NCBI RefSeq assembly: GCF_018977255.1
Contig: NW_024704742.1
Coordinates: 125,428,001 to 125,492,000, forward strand
Reading direction: 5' to 3'
From: Callorhinchus milii
Lineage: Eukaryota
DNA: 64,000 bases
A program made the translations under genes and the position numbers. Shown one piece after another: positions 24,825 to 36,732 of this stretch (the first letter of the stretch is position 1; every line of letters begins with the position of its first letter). The notes beneath the pieces were generated by a model. That model did no database searches, was not told the DNA's origin, and saw only the letters and a list, made by a program, of their open reading frames with translations.

Positions 24825-25125
24825 AGCCGCTGCCTCTGCTCGGCCGGCTGCGGCCTCCTCTATGTCCCTCGGGCCCTCCGCTCCATTGGCAGCCATGCTT
24901 ACAGCCACTACGCCCCAAAGCTCTGGAACTCCCTCCCTCAAACCCTCAATCCCTCCGCCTTGTCCCCTCCCTCCCCACTTACAAATCTCTCCCAAATCCC
25001 TTCCTTTTGATCGTGCTTATGGTCACCTACTTCTCCCCCTGGCTCGGAGTCAGACTCTGCTAATGTCAAGCACTCTGAGACGCCACCACACGTGAAGGGC
25101 GCTACATAAAAGCAAGTTGTTGTTC
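24825..25125 (+). mobile_element. L2 3' end fragment inserted in a minus-strand SINE (24708-25250)
   Basis: CTCTGGAACTCCCTCCC...GGGCGCTACATAAAAGCAAG(TTG)n; SINE tail on the left and SINE body on the right. Confidence 0.75.
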
Positions 25126-25249
25126 TTGAAATGCGGCAGCCAATCACACACAGTAGTGTCCCACAAACAGTTATGAATTGAGTGAACAAATTAATATTAT
25201 TTTTTAAAATTTATTTTTGTGTTGAAGGGATTGTTACCCCCTGGAAGGG

Positions 25250-27126
25250 CAATCACTTCATCTCCCTCAACTCCACAATCCCTCTCTTCACTGCTACCCA
25301 ACCCACCTCCATCTCCTACTGTCCCTGGAAAAAAATCTCTCCCCCTTGGAGTCATCTGAACTCCTTCCCCTCTGGGCTTCCTCCCAAAAAGACGTATATT
25401 CCTCGGTCACTCTTCTCCACAGCTCCTTCTCCACCACTCTCAATTCCCTTGCTCCCTTCACTTTCCGAACTATCTCCTACTCAGGAAAACCCCCATGGTG
25501 TACCAGTCACTTCTGCTCCCTTGAAGCACAGGTGCGTGCCGCTGAACGCACCTTGCTTAAATCGAACCTCATGGTCCATCGGCAGATCTGGCTGGACCTT
25601 ATCAAATCTTACCGCTCCACTCTCGCCTCCGCCAAATCATTGTGCTACTCCAAGACAATCTTGGAGGCCAAGGACAATCCCAGGCTCCTCATCTCCATAA
25701 TCAACCAACTCCTCCGGCCACCCTCTCACGTCACGCCCATCTTCACATCCAATGCCAACTGCGAGATCTTGATGGACTTCCTTGAATCCAAAGTTGAGGG
25801 GATCCATTCAGCTGCCCTGCCCTTCCATCTACCACCCCCTCCCCATCTCCTCCTCTCAACCCAGCCCCTACCCATCCCTCCCTCCACACCTTTGAACCTG
25901 TCTCCCCCTCCTCTCTTATCACCACTCAAACCTGCATGAAACCGACCATCTGCTTCCTCTACCCCATCCCGACCCCTCTCCTTACCTCCCAGCTCCACCT
26001 CCTTGCTCCTCTACTCACAGATATCATAAACCGCTCCCTGTCCACTGGTAAAGTTCCCACCCCATTAAAAATGGCCGTCATCAGTCCTATCCTTAAAAAA
26101 CTCAGCCTGGACCCATTCCTGCTCTCAAACTACCGCTCCATCTCCAACCTCCCTTTCCTCTCCAAGGTCATGGAATGAATCGTTGTTTCCCAGCTTCGCT
26201 CATTCCTCTCCCGCCACTCCCTTCACGAACCCCTCCAAGTCCTGGACGAGAGCTAACTTTCTTCAGTTGAACATCAACAAGACCGAGGCCCCCCTGATTG
26301 GCTCCATCAGCGCCTCCACACCTCAAGCGCTGACAGCATCACCATCCATGATTGCACACTCCACCTTACTAAGCCAGTCCAGAACCAATCATTGGTGTCT
26401 TGTTTGACCCTCAACTATCCTTTCTACCCCACATCTATGCCATGACCTGCTCTGCCTTCCCCCACATCCACAACATCACCTGTCTCCGCCACTGTCTCAC
26501 ACCGCAAGCCACCAAAACCCTCATACATACATTCATAACATCGAAGCTTGACTATGCAAACTCCTTGCTTGTCGGCCTCCCCAACTCCTCCCTCCATAGG
26601 CTGCAGATCATCCAAAACTCTGCAGCCTGTGTAATTCTCCCGAACCAGGTTCTGTGACTCTATTACCCCATCGTCGCCCAACTCCACTGGCTTCCCATCA
26701 CTCAGAAGATACAGTTCAAGTTCCTCACCTTCAAAGTCCTCCATGGCCTTGCTCCTCCTACCTCTGCGACCTCCTAAGCCTCTACAATCCTGCCCTCTCC
26801 CTCCGCTCAGCGGGCTCTGGCCTGCTTCACGTACCCCGCCTCGCCCGCACCGCCATTAGTGGGCGGGCCTTCTGTCACTCTTCCCCACCCTCTGGAACTC
26901 CATCCCGCAATCCATCCACCTCGCTCCCTCCCTTGCCTCCTTCAAGACCCATCTCAAGACCCTCCTCTTCAACCCTGCTTTCGATCACCCTGCTTCATCT
27001 CCCGCCCTCCACCCTCCCCAATCCAGACCCCCAGCTCAAGTCTGAAACACTGGTTGTCCAACACCTTGGGACGTCCTCTCAATGCAAAAGGCGCTATACA
27101 AATGTAATTTTGTTGTTGTTGTTGTT
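25250..27126 (+). mobile_element. L2 LINE with internal deletion of the RT core
   Basis: AERTLLKS...ILEAKDNPRLL, NYRSISNLPFLSKVME, then a jump to KSWTRANFLQLN; SKLDYANSLL; (TTG)n tail. Confidence 0.92.
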
Positions 27127-27556
27127 AAGGAACACCTGCAAATTTGTTCCTATTACTTTATTAGAGTAAGTCCTTGTCAGGTCTGCTCTTATCCTCTGAT
27201 GCCCCCACAGCTGCTTCCTCATGATCAGCCAGCTAGTTGCCATGGAAAAAAACTAACAGAACTGACTTTATATACAGTAGTTGGCTTTCTGGCCAATGCC
27301 ATTGAAACAAAGTAATCACTTCAAATAAATTTTAACTCAGCATGTGGGAAACCCAATGTAAGCTACGAATGTACTTTACTCTAAACATTGCTAATTGTGG
27401 TGATAATTAACCCAAGCATTAATACTGTTGTAAAATGGTCAAACCTGGCAAATACATTTTATTCCACTGAGGCAGGTACTGCTGGCAGCAAGCAGTTCTT
27501 TACTACACCAGAGCTGCGATCATTGACAGACCAATAGAAAACTCTACACAAGGATT

Positions 27557-27863
27557 AAACCAAAAACAAAAGTCGCTGTGAACGCTCAGCAGGTCAGGCA
27601 TCATCTATGGAGAAAGGAAAGTAAGTCAACGTTTCGAGTCCAACGACTATTGGCACAGTGGTAACATTCCCGCCTTGGAGTCAGTTAGTTGTGGGTTCAA
27701 GCTACACATCGGGATTTGGAATCGCATAATTAAGCTGATGAAGAGTTGTGGACCCAAAAACGTTGACTCACTTTCCTTTCTCAATACATGCTGCCTGACC
27801 TGCTGATTGTTCCCAGCGACTTCTGTTTTCGTTTTCAGATTTCCAGCATCTGCAGTATTTTGT
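27557..27863. mobile_element. Palindromic hammerhead-bearing element with a SINE head at its centre
   Basis: Inverted arms 27557-27647 and 27735-27863; degenerate hammerhead CTGATGAAGAGTTGTGGACCCAAAAACGTTGACT; centre matches the SINE B head at about 30875. Confidence 0.75.
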
Positions 27864-28299
27864 GGGGGGTTTTCTACTCAAGGCTAGTCAGATGTATAAG
27901 AGTGAAACACTCCCAGTTGCTTTATATTGCAGGGTTCCTGCCGAGGTTGGGACTGCATTACAATGTAAAAGAAGTAAAAATAAGATCACACCATCTGCAC
28001 TCTGCTGTTACACCATAACATTGCTTATAGAAATAGCTCCTCCAATAAGCAGGAGGGCAAGATGGCGGTGGAGACGGGGGGTGGGGAGTGGAGTCTGATA
28101 GCTAAATGAGTCAGGGCAAGGTTTCTCGTCTTCTGTGAGCCAAACAAGACCTTGATATCCTCTCATAAGGTAGGAGCAGAAAACATTGGATATCAAATTA
28201 CATCTGAGTAGAAATGTAGACAAGAAGGAAAGGCTGCACTGCTGCTGGCAGTTTCCAACATCCACAAATTGGCCGAGATAGTAGAATTGCACCCATATT

Positions 28300-28560
28300 A
28301 ACAACAACAACAAGATTTCATTTATAGAGCGCCTTTCACGTCAGGAGGACGTCCCAAGGCCCTGGACAGTTGGGTCAGGACCCGAGCAGGGGGGAAATGG
28401 TCAGGGTGAGGGGAGGGAAGGGAGGGAGCGAGGAGGGGGTAGAGAGTCGAGAGGAGAGCTGAAGGCACGGTCAAAGAGAAAGGTTTTGAGACTGGCCTTG
28501 AAGGAGGAAAGGGAGGAAGCAAGGCGAAGGCACTGGGGGATGGAGTTCCAGAGCCGAGGG
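28300..28560 (-). mobile_element. L2 3' end fragment
   Basis: (AAC)n tail, GCGCCTTTCACGTCAGGAGGACGTCCCAAG, GGATGGAGTTCCAGAG. Confidence 0.85.
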
Positions 28561-28576
28561 GCATATCCCAAATCGT

Positions 28577-28891
28577 GGAGTACTGTAGCTCAGAGGTTAG
28601 AGCACTCGCCTTGCAAGCAAGACACCTGGGTTCAATTCCGGGCTGGGCAAAATCTTGGGCAAGTTTCCTTACTCCACACGTCTAATAATAATCCCTCCAA
28701 AACAAAACAATAATAAATTGGTCATTTTCAATCCACGACTGTTTGTGGGACACTGCTGTGCGCAATTGGCTGCCGCGTTTCGCCCACAAATATACAGTCG
28801 ATTCACTTTACAGCATATTCTGTGAAGCGCTTTGAGACATCTAGAAGACGTGAAAAATGCTATGTCAAATGCAAGGATTATTATTATTATT
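28577..28891 (+). mobile_element. Full SINE family A (short form)
   Basis: GGAGTACTGTAGCTCAGAGGTTAGAGCAC...GGTTCAATTCC head, body, and (ATT)n tail. Confidence 0.92.
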
Positions 28892-28999
28892 AAATCAAAG
28901 TTACCAGTATATTTATGAATACAATAAAATTCAATCAGATTAGGAATGATTCACAAGCTGGTCACTTCCCCAATGTGCTTAATGATCAAAACAGGTGAC

Positions 29000-29338
29000 A
29001 GCCTGGCTTTGTTGGAAGCACACATAGTCCAAGTTGATTCACCAACACAGTGCCATCCTTCGGATAAAACATGAAACTGGGGTCCCATCTGCCTGTTGAA
29101 GTGGACGTTAAAGATCGTATAGCACCACTCAAAAAGAAAAGAGAGTTTCTCTAAATGGCCTGATCAACAATCCCCCAAATAAAATTGATCATTGTGTGTG
29201 ATGTTGCTGTGTGCAAATTGGCTGCTATGTTTATCTACAAATACATAGTCACTACATTTCACAGCAAATCCTGTGAAGTGCTTTCAATGTCTTCCTGAAC
29301 ATGCACTATACAAAATGCAAAAGATATTATTTTTATTG
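29000..29338 (+). mobile_element. SINE family B
   Basis: GGACGTTAAAGATC...CCCCCAAATAAAATTG...CAAATTGGCTGC, then tail. Confidence 0.75.
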
Positions 29339-29884
29339 ATAATAAAATCAAAAGCCAACTCTCCCAAATCAACAGCATGCAACACTATTGTACCTTTAAA
29401 AGATAACAGCATGGGTTGCTGATATTTATCTGTGTAGTCATGCCAATTGCATGTTGGATTAGCAGTGGTATTAAGATTTTGCCATGGTTACCCTAAGACC
29501 TAATGTACTGCACACTCTTGTGTTTTGACAGTGTGAGAGAAGATTGAGTGGCTCTGTAACACATTTTCTCAGCACAGGAGGTTCTGGAACAGAAATACTT
29601 TTTGGGTCCATGTGTAAAATGCAAGAAAATGCATTGATGAAGCATGACTTAGGAAATGATGGAACCTGAATTAATGTGTCTACACCCTTACCCTGGCTGG
29701 CTCGCTAACTCTTCCAAGCTAGTAACATTGTCATCAGCACTCAATTATTTCAACTAAGTATTCAAAAGAAAATAACAGTAACAACTAACTAGATATGAAC
29801 TATTATTAATAATAAATATTATTATTGGTATAAAATAATTTGCTAAGTATTAATATATTAATATATTAATGACATAATTTTAAA

Positions 29885-30170
29885 AAATAATCTTTGCATT
29901 TCATATTGTGCCTCTCATGTTGGGAGGATATCTCATAGCACTTAGCAGTATTTGCGGCAAAAGTGTAGTGACTGTGTATTTTTTAGGTGAACATGACAGA
30001 ATTGCCCCATAAAAGCCATGAAGTAAATGTTTAATTTTTCTGGGGGACTGTTGGCCAGGACACCAAGAGAAACTGCCTTCTCTTTTCAAGTAGTATCATG
30101 GGATCTTTAACGTCCGCCTGAACAGGCAAAGAGGACCTTCATTGAACGCTTCACCTGAAGGATAGCATCT
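29885..30170 (-). mobile_element. SINE family B
   Basis: Tail; TGTTGGCCAGGACACC; CATGGGATCTTTAACGTCC. Confidence 0.75.
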
Positions 30171-30873
30171 TATCTGAAGGATGAACAATGTTACTTTTAA
30201 AGGAGTTAATGAAAATTAATTGCAACGATTTTAAGGGGGACTGTTAGTGGCAGTAGCTCTTTTATCAGAATAGACCTAATGTGTTTGTTGTGTGCAATTT
30301 TTCAAATGTCTTCCAGGATCACATCATCGCAGACTGAAACCCAAAGACGGGTTGGAATAAGACTATGGCTTCCTTCGTGTAATACCAGTTTCAAAGATAT
30401 GTTTTAAGGACTGGTTTAAGGATTTAATATTAATGGTTTACAAATTTTAAACAAAAAAGTTAGTAGAAAAGTGACAGTCATCCAAACTGCAAGGGAAATT
30501 ATTACCAATTGTGAAATCTTACTTGAAGCAAATTTTTCACAAAATGTGTATATGTGTAAAAAGATATCCCAGTCAGCAGTGTGAAATGCTTTAAGATGAC
30601 CTCCCAAAATGAAAGGCTCTCCATAAATGTGAATTGTTGTTGATGATTGATTCAGGTTCCACAAGTGGTCAGAAATTTTTCATCAGTGTGATCTGTAACA
30701 TATTTGACAATGGGATTTCCCCATTATACCTCACTTTACCATAGTCGCTACAAACATCAACCAATGGTGTATGATGAAGGAATACTTCCAACAATTGACT
30801 GGTCTAATGGTTTGTGAATAAATACCTCCTGATTTCAGAAAAATGATTTCTCCTTCAGCTGTTTTCAGATCAA

Positions 30874-31350
30874 CAACAACTATTGGTGCAGTGGTAACAT
30901 TCCTGCCTTGGAGTCAGAAGGTTGTGGGTTCAAGCTCTACATAGGCACTTGGAGTCACATAGTCCCATCTGCCTGTTCAGATGGATGTTAAAGATCCCAT
31001 AGCACTATTTGAAAAGAGACGGGAGTTTCTCCCAGTGTCCTGGCCAACAATTCCCCAAATAAAATAAGTTACTCACTCCATGGCTGTTTGTGGGACATTG
31101 CTGTATGCAACTGGCTGCTGTCACCCATAAAATAAAAGATGCACGGATTATTATTATAATAATAATAATAATCTTTGCATTTGATATAGTGCCTTTTCAC
31201 GTCTTCTAGATGTCTCAAAGCGCGTCACAGAAAATACTGTAAAGTGAATTGGCTGTATATTTTATGGGCGAAACACGGCTGCCAGTTGCACACAGCAGTG
31301 TCCCACAAACAGCCATGGAGTGAGTAACCTATTTTATTTGGGGGATTGTA
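30874..31350. mobile_element. Tail-to-tail SINE pair (plus-strand B 30874-31157; minus-strand 31158-31350)
   Basis: Head GCAGTGGTAAC...GGGTTCAAG; shared ATT/AAT junction; inverted body copies. Confidence 0.85.
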
Positions 31351-32902
31351 ACTACAAATTGGAAGGATGTTCAAAGGTACTTTCCCAAAGATCAGAATTT
31401 GGTTTTAGTTCAGTGAAGCACTTGATTCTTTGTTATCATCCTCAGCCACTAGAATGTCTTTTAACTTTAAATAATTATTTTTAAAACAATTTTTAAGCCC
31501 GCAAAAAAGCACAAAATCCACACTCTCCACTGCATAACTGAAGGCTTTCCCAAACCCTCCACGGATTCAGGATTGACTGCTTGAGTTGAGAGAAAGGTAC
31601 CAATCTCCTCACGATTTCCATTGGGGATCTATAACTGCTGCTGTAGGTGTAGCAACAGAAGAAAAATAATACTGATTCTCTCAGAACCTTGTCTCAAAAA
31701 TGTAAACAGATACTTATTTCAAACAGACTTTAGTATTTGTTATGGTTTTTTTCTAGCAACTGTCTGGTGCCAGGCCGTTTTCCTGTGACCTACCTCCTTT
31801 TTATAAACATATATAATCCAGAGGCCTGAAATTCCACCTCGTCTCAGCCTTAAGACCATGTTATATTAAAATTTAAAGATGGTGCAAAATAATCCCAAAT
31901 ATTTCAATTCAAGTTTATTTAGAAACTGTTTTCTATCAGTTCCTAAAAGGAAATGGCTTCCAAATTTAGACTCAATTTAAAAATCTTCCACAATTCTGTA
32001 CAACTTAATTTTTAAGACTAAATTGCCTCACAGCCATGACGAGGTAGATGTCGAGGCTGTTGGTTTCCCGCCTTGTGACTGACCCCCTTGACTGTTCACC
32101 AAAACAATGTAAATTCTTTATTCCAAGTGCATCGTGTATTTACTAAGCTAAAGGGTTGTGATTGTGGTGCAGGTTCAGGAAAATATATAAATATTGATTT
32201 CACAACTTGGAAGATACAATAAAAGACTGACCCTCCCTCACCCTTTTAGTGAAACAATGCCATAAATAAATTTTATCTCCACTTCTCCAGTACTTCGATC
32301 GTTGTTTAATTCATCCAGTGAACTATCTTCATTATCGCTGTGCGGTTGGATCGGGTGATATGACAAGGATAACGTAAGAGATGCTGTGTTTTGTGCAAAT
32401 TACTGCACTGGATGCTATGCTACATCAAGCAAAATCTTTATTTATGGTGCACTCCAAAAGGACCATTTATAACAAACAAACATTATCCTAGAGCTAAAGG
32501 CCACAACTGACAAATGTTGTTTATATAAATTCTTACTTGCAATGAAAACAAAATCAATAAATGCAATTCTGAAGTCAGGGAAAAATATCTTTCCACCATT
32601 TTGGGTCATGGCCCATTCATTTATTCACTTCTCCTACTTAGAGAGAAGACTTTATTTCCCACAATATTAACAGGATTCGTTTATATTAATTAGGTTTCAT
32701 CAGAGAACCAATTCTCTTTCTTTCAGGAGAAGTTAGATGCAGGTGAAATGGATCATCTGTTGCAGATGTTCAGGCCATCACACTATGTTATTAATCTCTC
32801 CACTGGCTTTTGAAGCAGAATTTACTAGGAGATCTAAGTAGTGCAGCTTTCAAGTCACATCATTTGTGGTTGGCTGTCTTCGAACAGTGCAGTATGTTTT
32901 TA

Positions 32903-33190
32903 TAATAATAATAATCCTTGCACCTGATATAGTGTTGTATCACATCATCGAGATGTCTCAAAGTGCTTCACAGGATATATTGTAAAGTGGTGTGACTGTG
33001 TATATTTTGTGGGTGAACACAGCAGCCAATTTCTGCACAGCAAAGCCCTATAAACAGCCATGGACTGAGTGACCAATTTTATTTGGTGGACACTAGGATA
33101 AACTCCCTTCTCTTTTTGAATAGTGCCATGGGATCTTTAACACCCACCTGAACAGGTAGATGGGACCTTGGTTTAACATCTCATCTGAAC
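32903..33190 (-). mobile_element. SINE family B
   Basis: Tail; body; GTGCCATGGGATCTTTAAC. Confidence 0.85.
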
Positions 33191-34289
33191 TATTCTATCT
33201 ATGGAATCGTAAAATTCTGAATGAAGAGTTTTAGCTGGCAGCTACGTTTAAGCTGTGCTTCACTACTGAATCTGTACCGTTCCTCTCCAGTATTTGGCTG
33301 GCCACAAGTATTTTTCTCAGAGAAAATGCCCTTTAGGCAATAATAATATTATGATTGTGGTCATGGCACGTTTACAATGAGCTACACCAACTTATTGGCT
33401 GGTAGTACTTCACAGGATATATTGTGAAGTGATGTGATTGCCAACAATCCCCGAAATAAAATTGGTCACTATGGCTGTTTGTGAAGCATTGATATGCATA
33501 AATTGGCTGCTGTGTTCACCCACAAAATACACACACTCACATCACTTCACAGCCAGCACGAATAATAAGCCTAAACTTGGAAATGATGCTTATCAACACC
33601 ACTAAACAGACTGGAATTCCTGTTAGATTGTTCTGGTGTCAGTAATTCCAACTCATGTCCTTGGACATGTTAAGACTCTTAAATGTTAAGACTATGTGGA
33701 ATTTGGCAAACATTCTTAATTTGGAAGCCAATTTCCTGCAAGAAAAACGAGAAAACTTTCTTCGAAATTGAGATTGAGTTCAAGATGATGATGTAGAGCT
33801 GTAGCTTACACATTAGGAGTTCATCACTGCTTTGAATCCTGCTCTATGCTGAGTTTGCTGGTCTCAGCCAAGATTACATGGTGGAGAGTTTTAATTTGCT
33901 CTGGCCTTTCCTGGATAATGGAGGGAAAAATCAGCCTGATTGAACCATAAAGGGTGAGGTTTCAGGCGACTCTGATTAGAACCGTAGAACTGTATTTCGC
34001 CCACAAAATACACAGTCAATTCACTTTACGCTATATTCTGTGAAGTGCTTTGAGACTTTTCAATGGCTTGATAAGGTGCAATATCAAATGCAAGGATTAT
34101 TATTTTTATTATCAAAAACCCTTGTAATTTTAATGATTTCAAGCAAGTCATCCCTCAACCATTTTTGATCCAGCAAAAAAAAAATCCCAGTTCCTCCAGC
34201 CTCCACTCATTGGAGTGTCAGTCCTGGAAACTCACCGAATTGAACGCGGACAGGTTTGGATACTTGACATTTTCCAGCCCAATCCTCAT

Positions 34290-34627
34290 GGATCCCTGTA
34301 GCTCAGTGGTTAGAGCACTCGACCCGCAAAGGAGAGACCTGGGTCCGATTCCAGGTAGGGTGAAACGTTGGGCAAATTTCCTTATTCCGCATGCCTCTGT
34401 TGACCTAGCAGTAAATAGGTTGTTAGTCGATTGGTGGATTGCTTTTATGGGGGTAATAATTTCTTCAATAAAAAAATAAATTGGTCCGTCAATCCACAAC
34501 TCTTTGCGGGACACTGCTGTGCGTAATTGACTGCCACGTTTCACTCACAAAATATATACTCTGTGAGATGTCTCGAAGACATGATAAGGTGCTATATCAA
34601 ATGGAAGGATTATTATTGTCATTATTT
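34290..34627 (+). mobile_element. SINE family A (long form)
   Basis: CTGTAGCTCAGTGGTTAGAGCACTC head, CORE-like segment and tail. Confidence 0.88.
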
Positions 34628-35344
34628 ACTACTAGCCAAGCTACTCATCCCAGGAATCATCCTAGTAAATCTCCTTTGTTCTCCTTTGCATCCTCTCTAA
34701 TGCTTTGACATCTTTCCTAAAGTGGGGTGACCAATACTAGGTACAGATTAGCCAATGGAAAATCATCCAAGCTTCCAGCTGTTGATCACTAAATAATGAC
34801 TCTACTGGTGGCTCTCAGGGTTGACAGGCAATGCTCCCTCCTCCATTACATAGCTCATCTACAATCACTGTCGCTTGAATGATGGCTACCTGAACAAGAT
34901 GCTGGATGGTGACCGGCTCCATTGGCATTGAATTTCCAGCGGAAAAGAAAGCATCTCGAGAAGAGAGGAGGAAAGAGATTGGTGAGAACGAAAGGACTCT
35001 AACATTGAATATCATATAATGGAATATTTAAAGGGGGAACAGTAACTCGCTATATGTGTTTCTTAAGGAGCAAAAACAATCTTGAGAATCCAAGTGTTCT
35101 GAGATCTAAGATGGTTCCTGCAGTCGTCTTCAACAAAATAACCAATGGACTGGTAAGCAGCAACGTTGCCAAGTCATTAATTTCATAGCCTTTTTCCATT
35201 ATGGATGACAGTGTAAAAGCAAGCTGGTAAAGTGCTGTATTGAAACCTTTGAAGTATTCTGTTAATTTGATTAATATGCAGTCACATCCTACTATAATGC
35301 ACTCTTCCTTATGCATTTTAAATGAAAAATGCAGAGCGGCTCAC

Positions 35345-35366
35345 CTTGCTTCTGCAACTCTGCATC
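35345..35366 (-). other. Candidate 22-nt exon
   Basis: Minus strand tgttttttctttgtcttcag|GATGCAGAGTTGCAGAAGCAAG|gtgagc. Confidence 0.35.
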
Positions 35367-35517
35367 CTGAAGACAAAGAAAAAACATTTTATAGAGATCC
35401 TGACATCAAAGAGCCAAACTAATTGTTTATAACCAATTGTTTTAGAGATTAATGATTTTCACATCAAAACCTAAATACCAATTGTCAATCTGAAAGTACC
35501 ACTAACCTCAGTACAGT

Positions 35518-35920
35518 GTTAGCCTGGATCAGTTGGTAGCGCTCTCACCTTTGAGTCAAGATAGTTGTGGGTTCAAGGACCACTTTGGGACTTTGAGCTC
35601 AGTCCAGGCCGACACTTCTATGCAGTCCTGTGGGATCACTGTATTGTTGGAGATGACGTCCTTCAGACGAGATACTAAACCAAGATTCCATCTACCTGTA
35701 TTAAATATTCCATTGGACTATTCAAAAAGAAAAACAAGGTTTTACTTGATGTCCTGGCCAACAATCCGTTTGGTAAAATTGGTCATTCATTGCTATTTGT
35801 GTGATGTGTATAAAATTGGCTGCCGCATTTTCCAACAAAATTCTCAGGTGAATCCTATAAAACACTTTTTTTATAGGATGACAAAATGATACGGTGATTT
35901 AACAAATGTAATGATTATCA
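35518..35920 (+). mobile_element. SINE family B, near full length
   Basis: CAGTTGGTAGCGCTCTCACCTTTGAGTCA...GTGGGTTCAAG head and body. Confidence 0.8.
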
Positions 35921-36732
35921 TCATCCACGGTCATCATCATCAATGGCCTATGGGTTTTGAGATTTTATTAAAAAAAGCTGACTTTTATTCTCATAAAGGA
36001 GAAGATGATTGGTTCTGGGGCAAGAACTCTTTTCAGTTTGGGCATTCAGAATCTTGAATTCAGTGTTATCTTTGAAGTGGGTTTTCTATAGTTCTTAACA
36101 TAACTTAGGGTTAGGGTTAGGCTTCAAAATTAGACTGTATTTAAAAAATTGTCAGATTCTGGATTCCCTGAAATATTACTTAAATATAGTAAATCCACAT
36201 GAAATTTCTACCACAAAAGCCCTATGAATCTTAAATATGAAGCCTATTTTATTCAGTATCTCATTCATTATTTAGTTTGTGAAGATGTTATTTCACAGAG
36301 TTTGGTTGGTTGAATGGCAAAGGTTGTTGGTTCAAACTCTGATGGAATTTGAGGTCATCTCAGCCCTTATGCTTTTGAGGTCAATAAAATAATTACCATG
36401 TCTGAAAAATATCCTCCTGCAGGAGAAAGTAAGTGGGGGGGGTCTCCCTAGGGTTGAGGTGGCTCAAGACAGGTACTCAGTAATTCAAGTTACATCAATG
36501 AGACATATGCTGCTAACTGTGCCAGTTTCTCCATCCAACCAGTTCAGAATTGAACCACCATATTTGATTTTAACAGAGTAAGTGGTACTTTCTTTTGGTT
36601 CTAGTTGCTAGAAATTGTCTTAAAATTTAAAAAAATCCAAATTATTTTCAGGCCATAGTCTCCCCCACATGAAAAAGCACAAAATCCTTGTTCTCCGTGG
36701 GCGTTTTAAAGACTTTACTAATCCTCAGGAGC

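Noticed and set aside
36105..36121. TTAGGG-like telomeric hexamers
   Set aside because: Fewer than three full units; too short to call an interstitial telomere.
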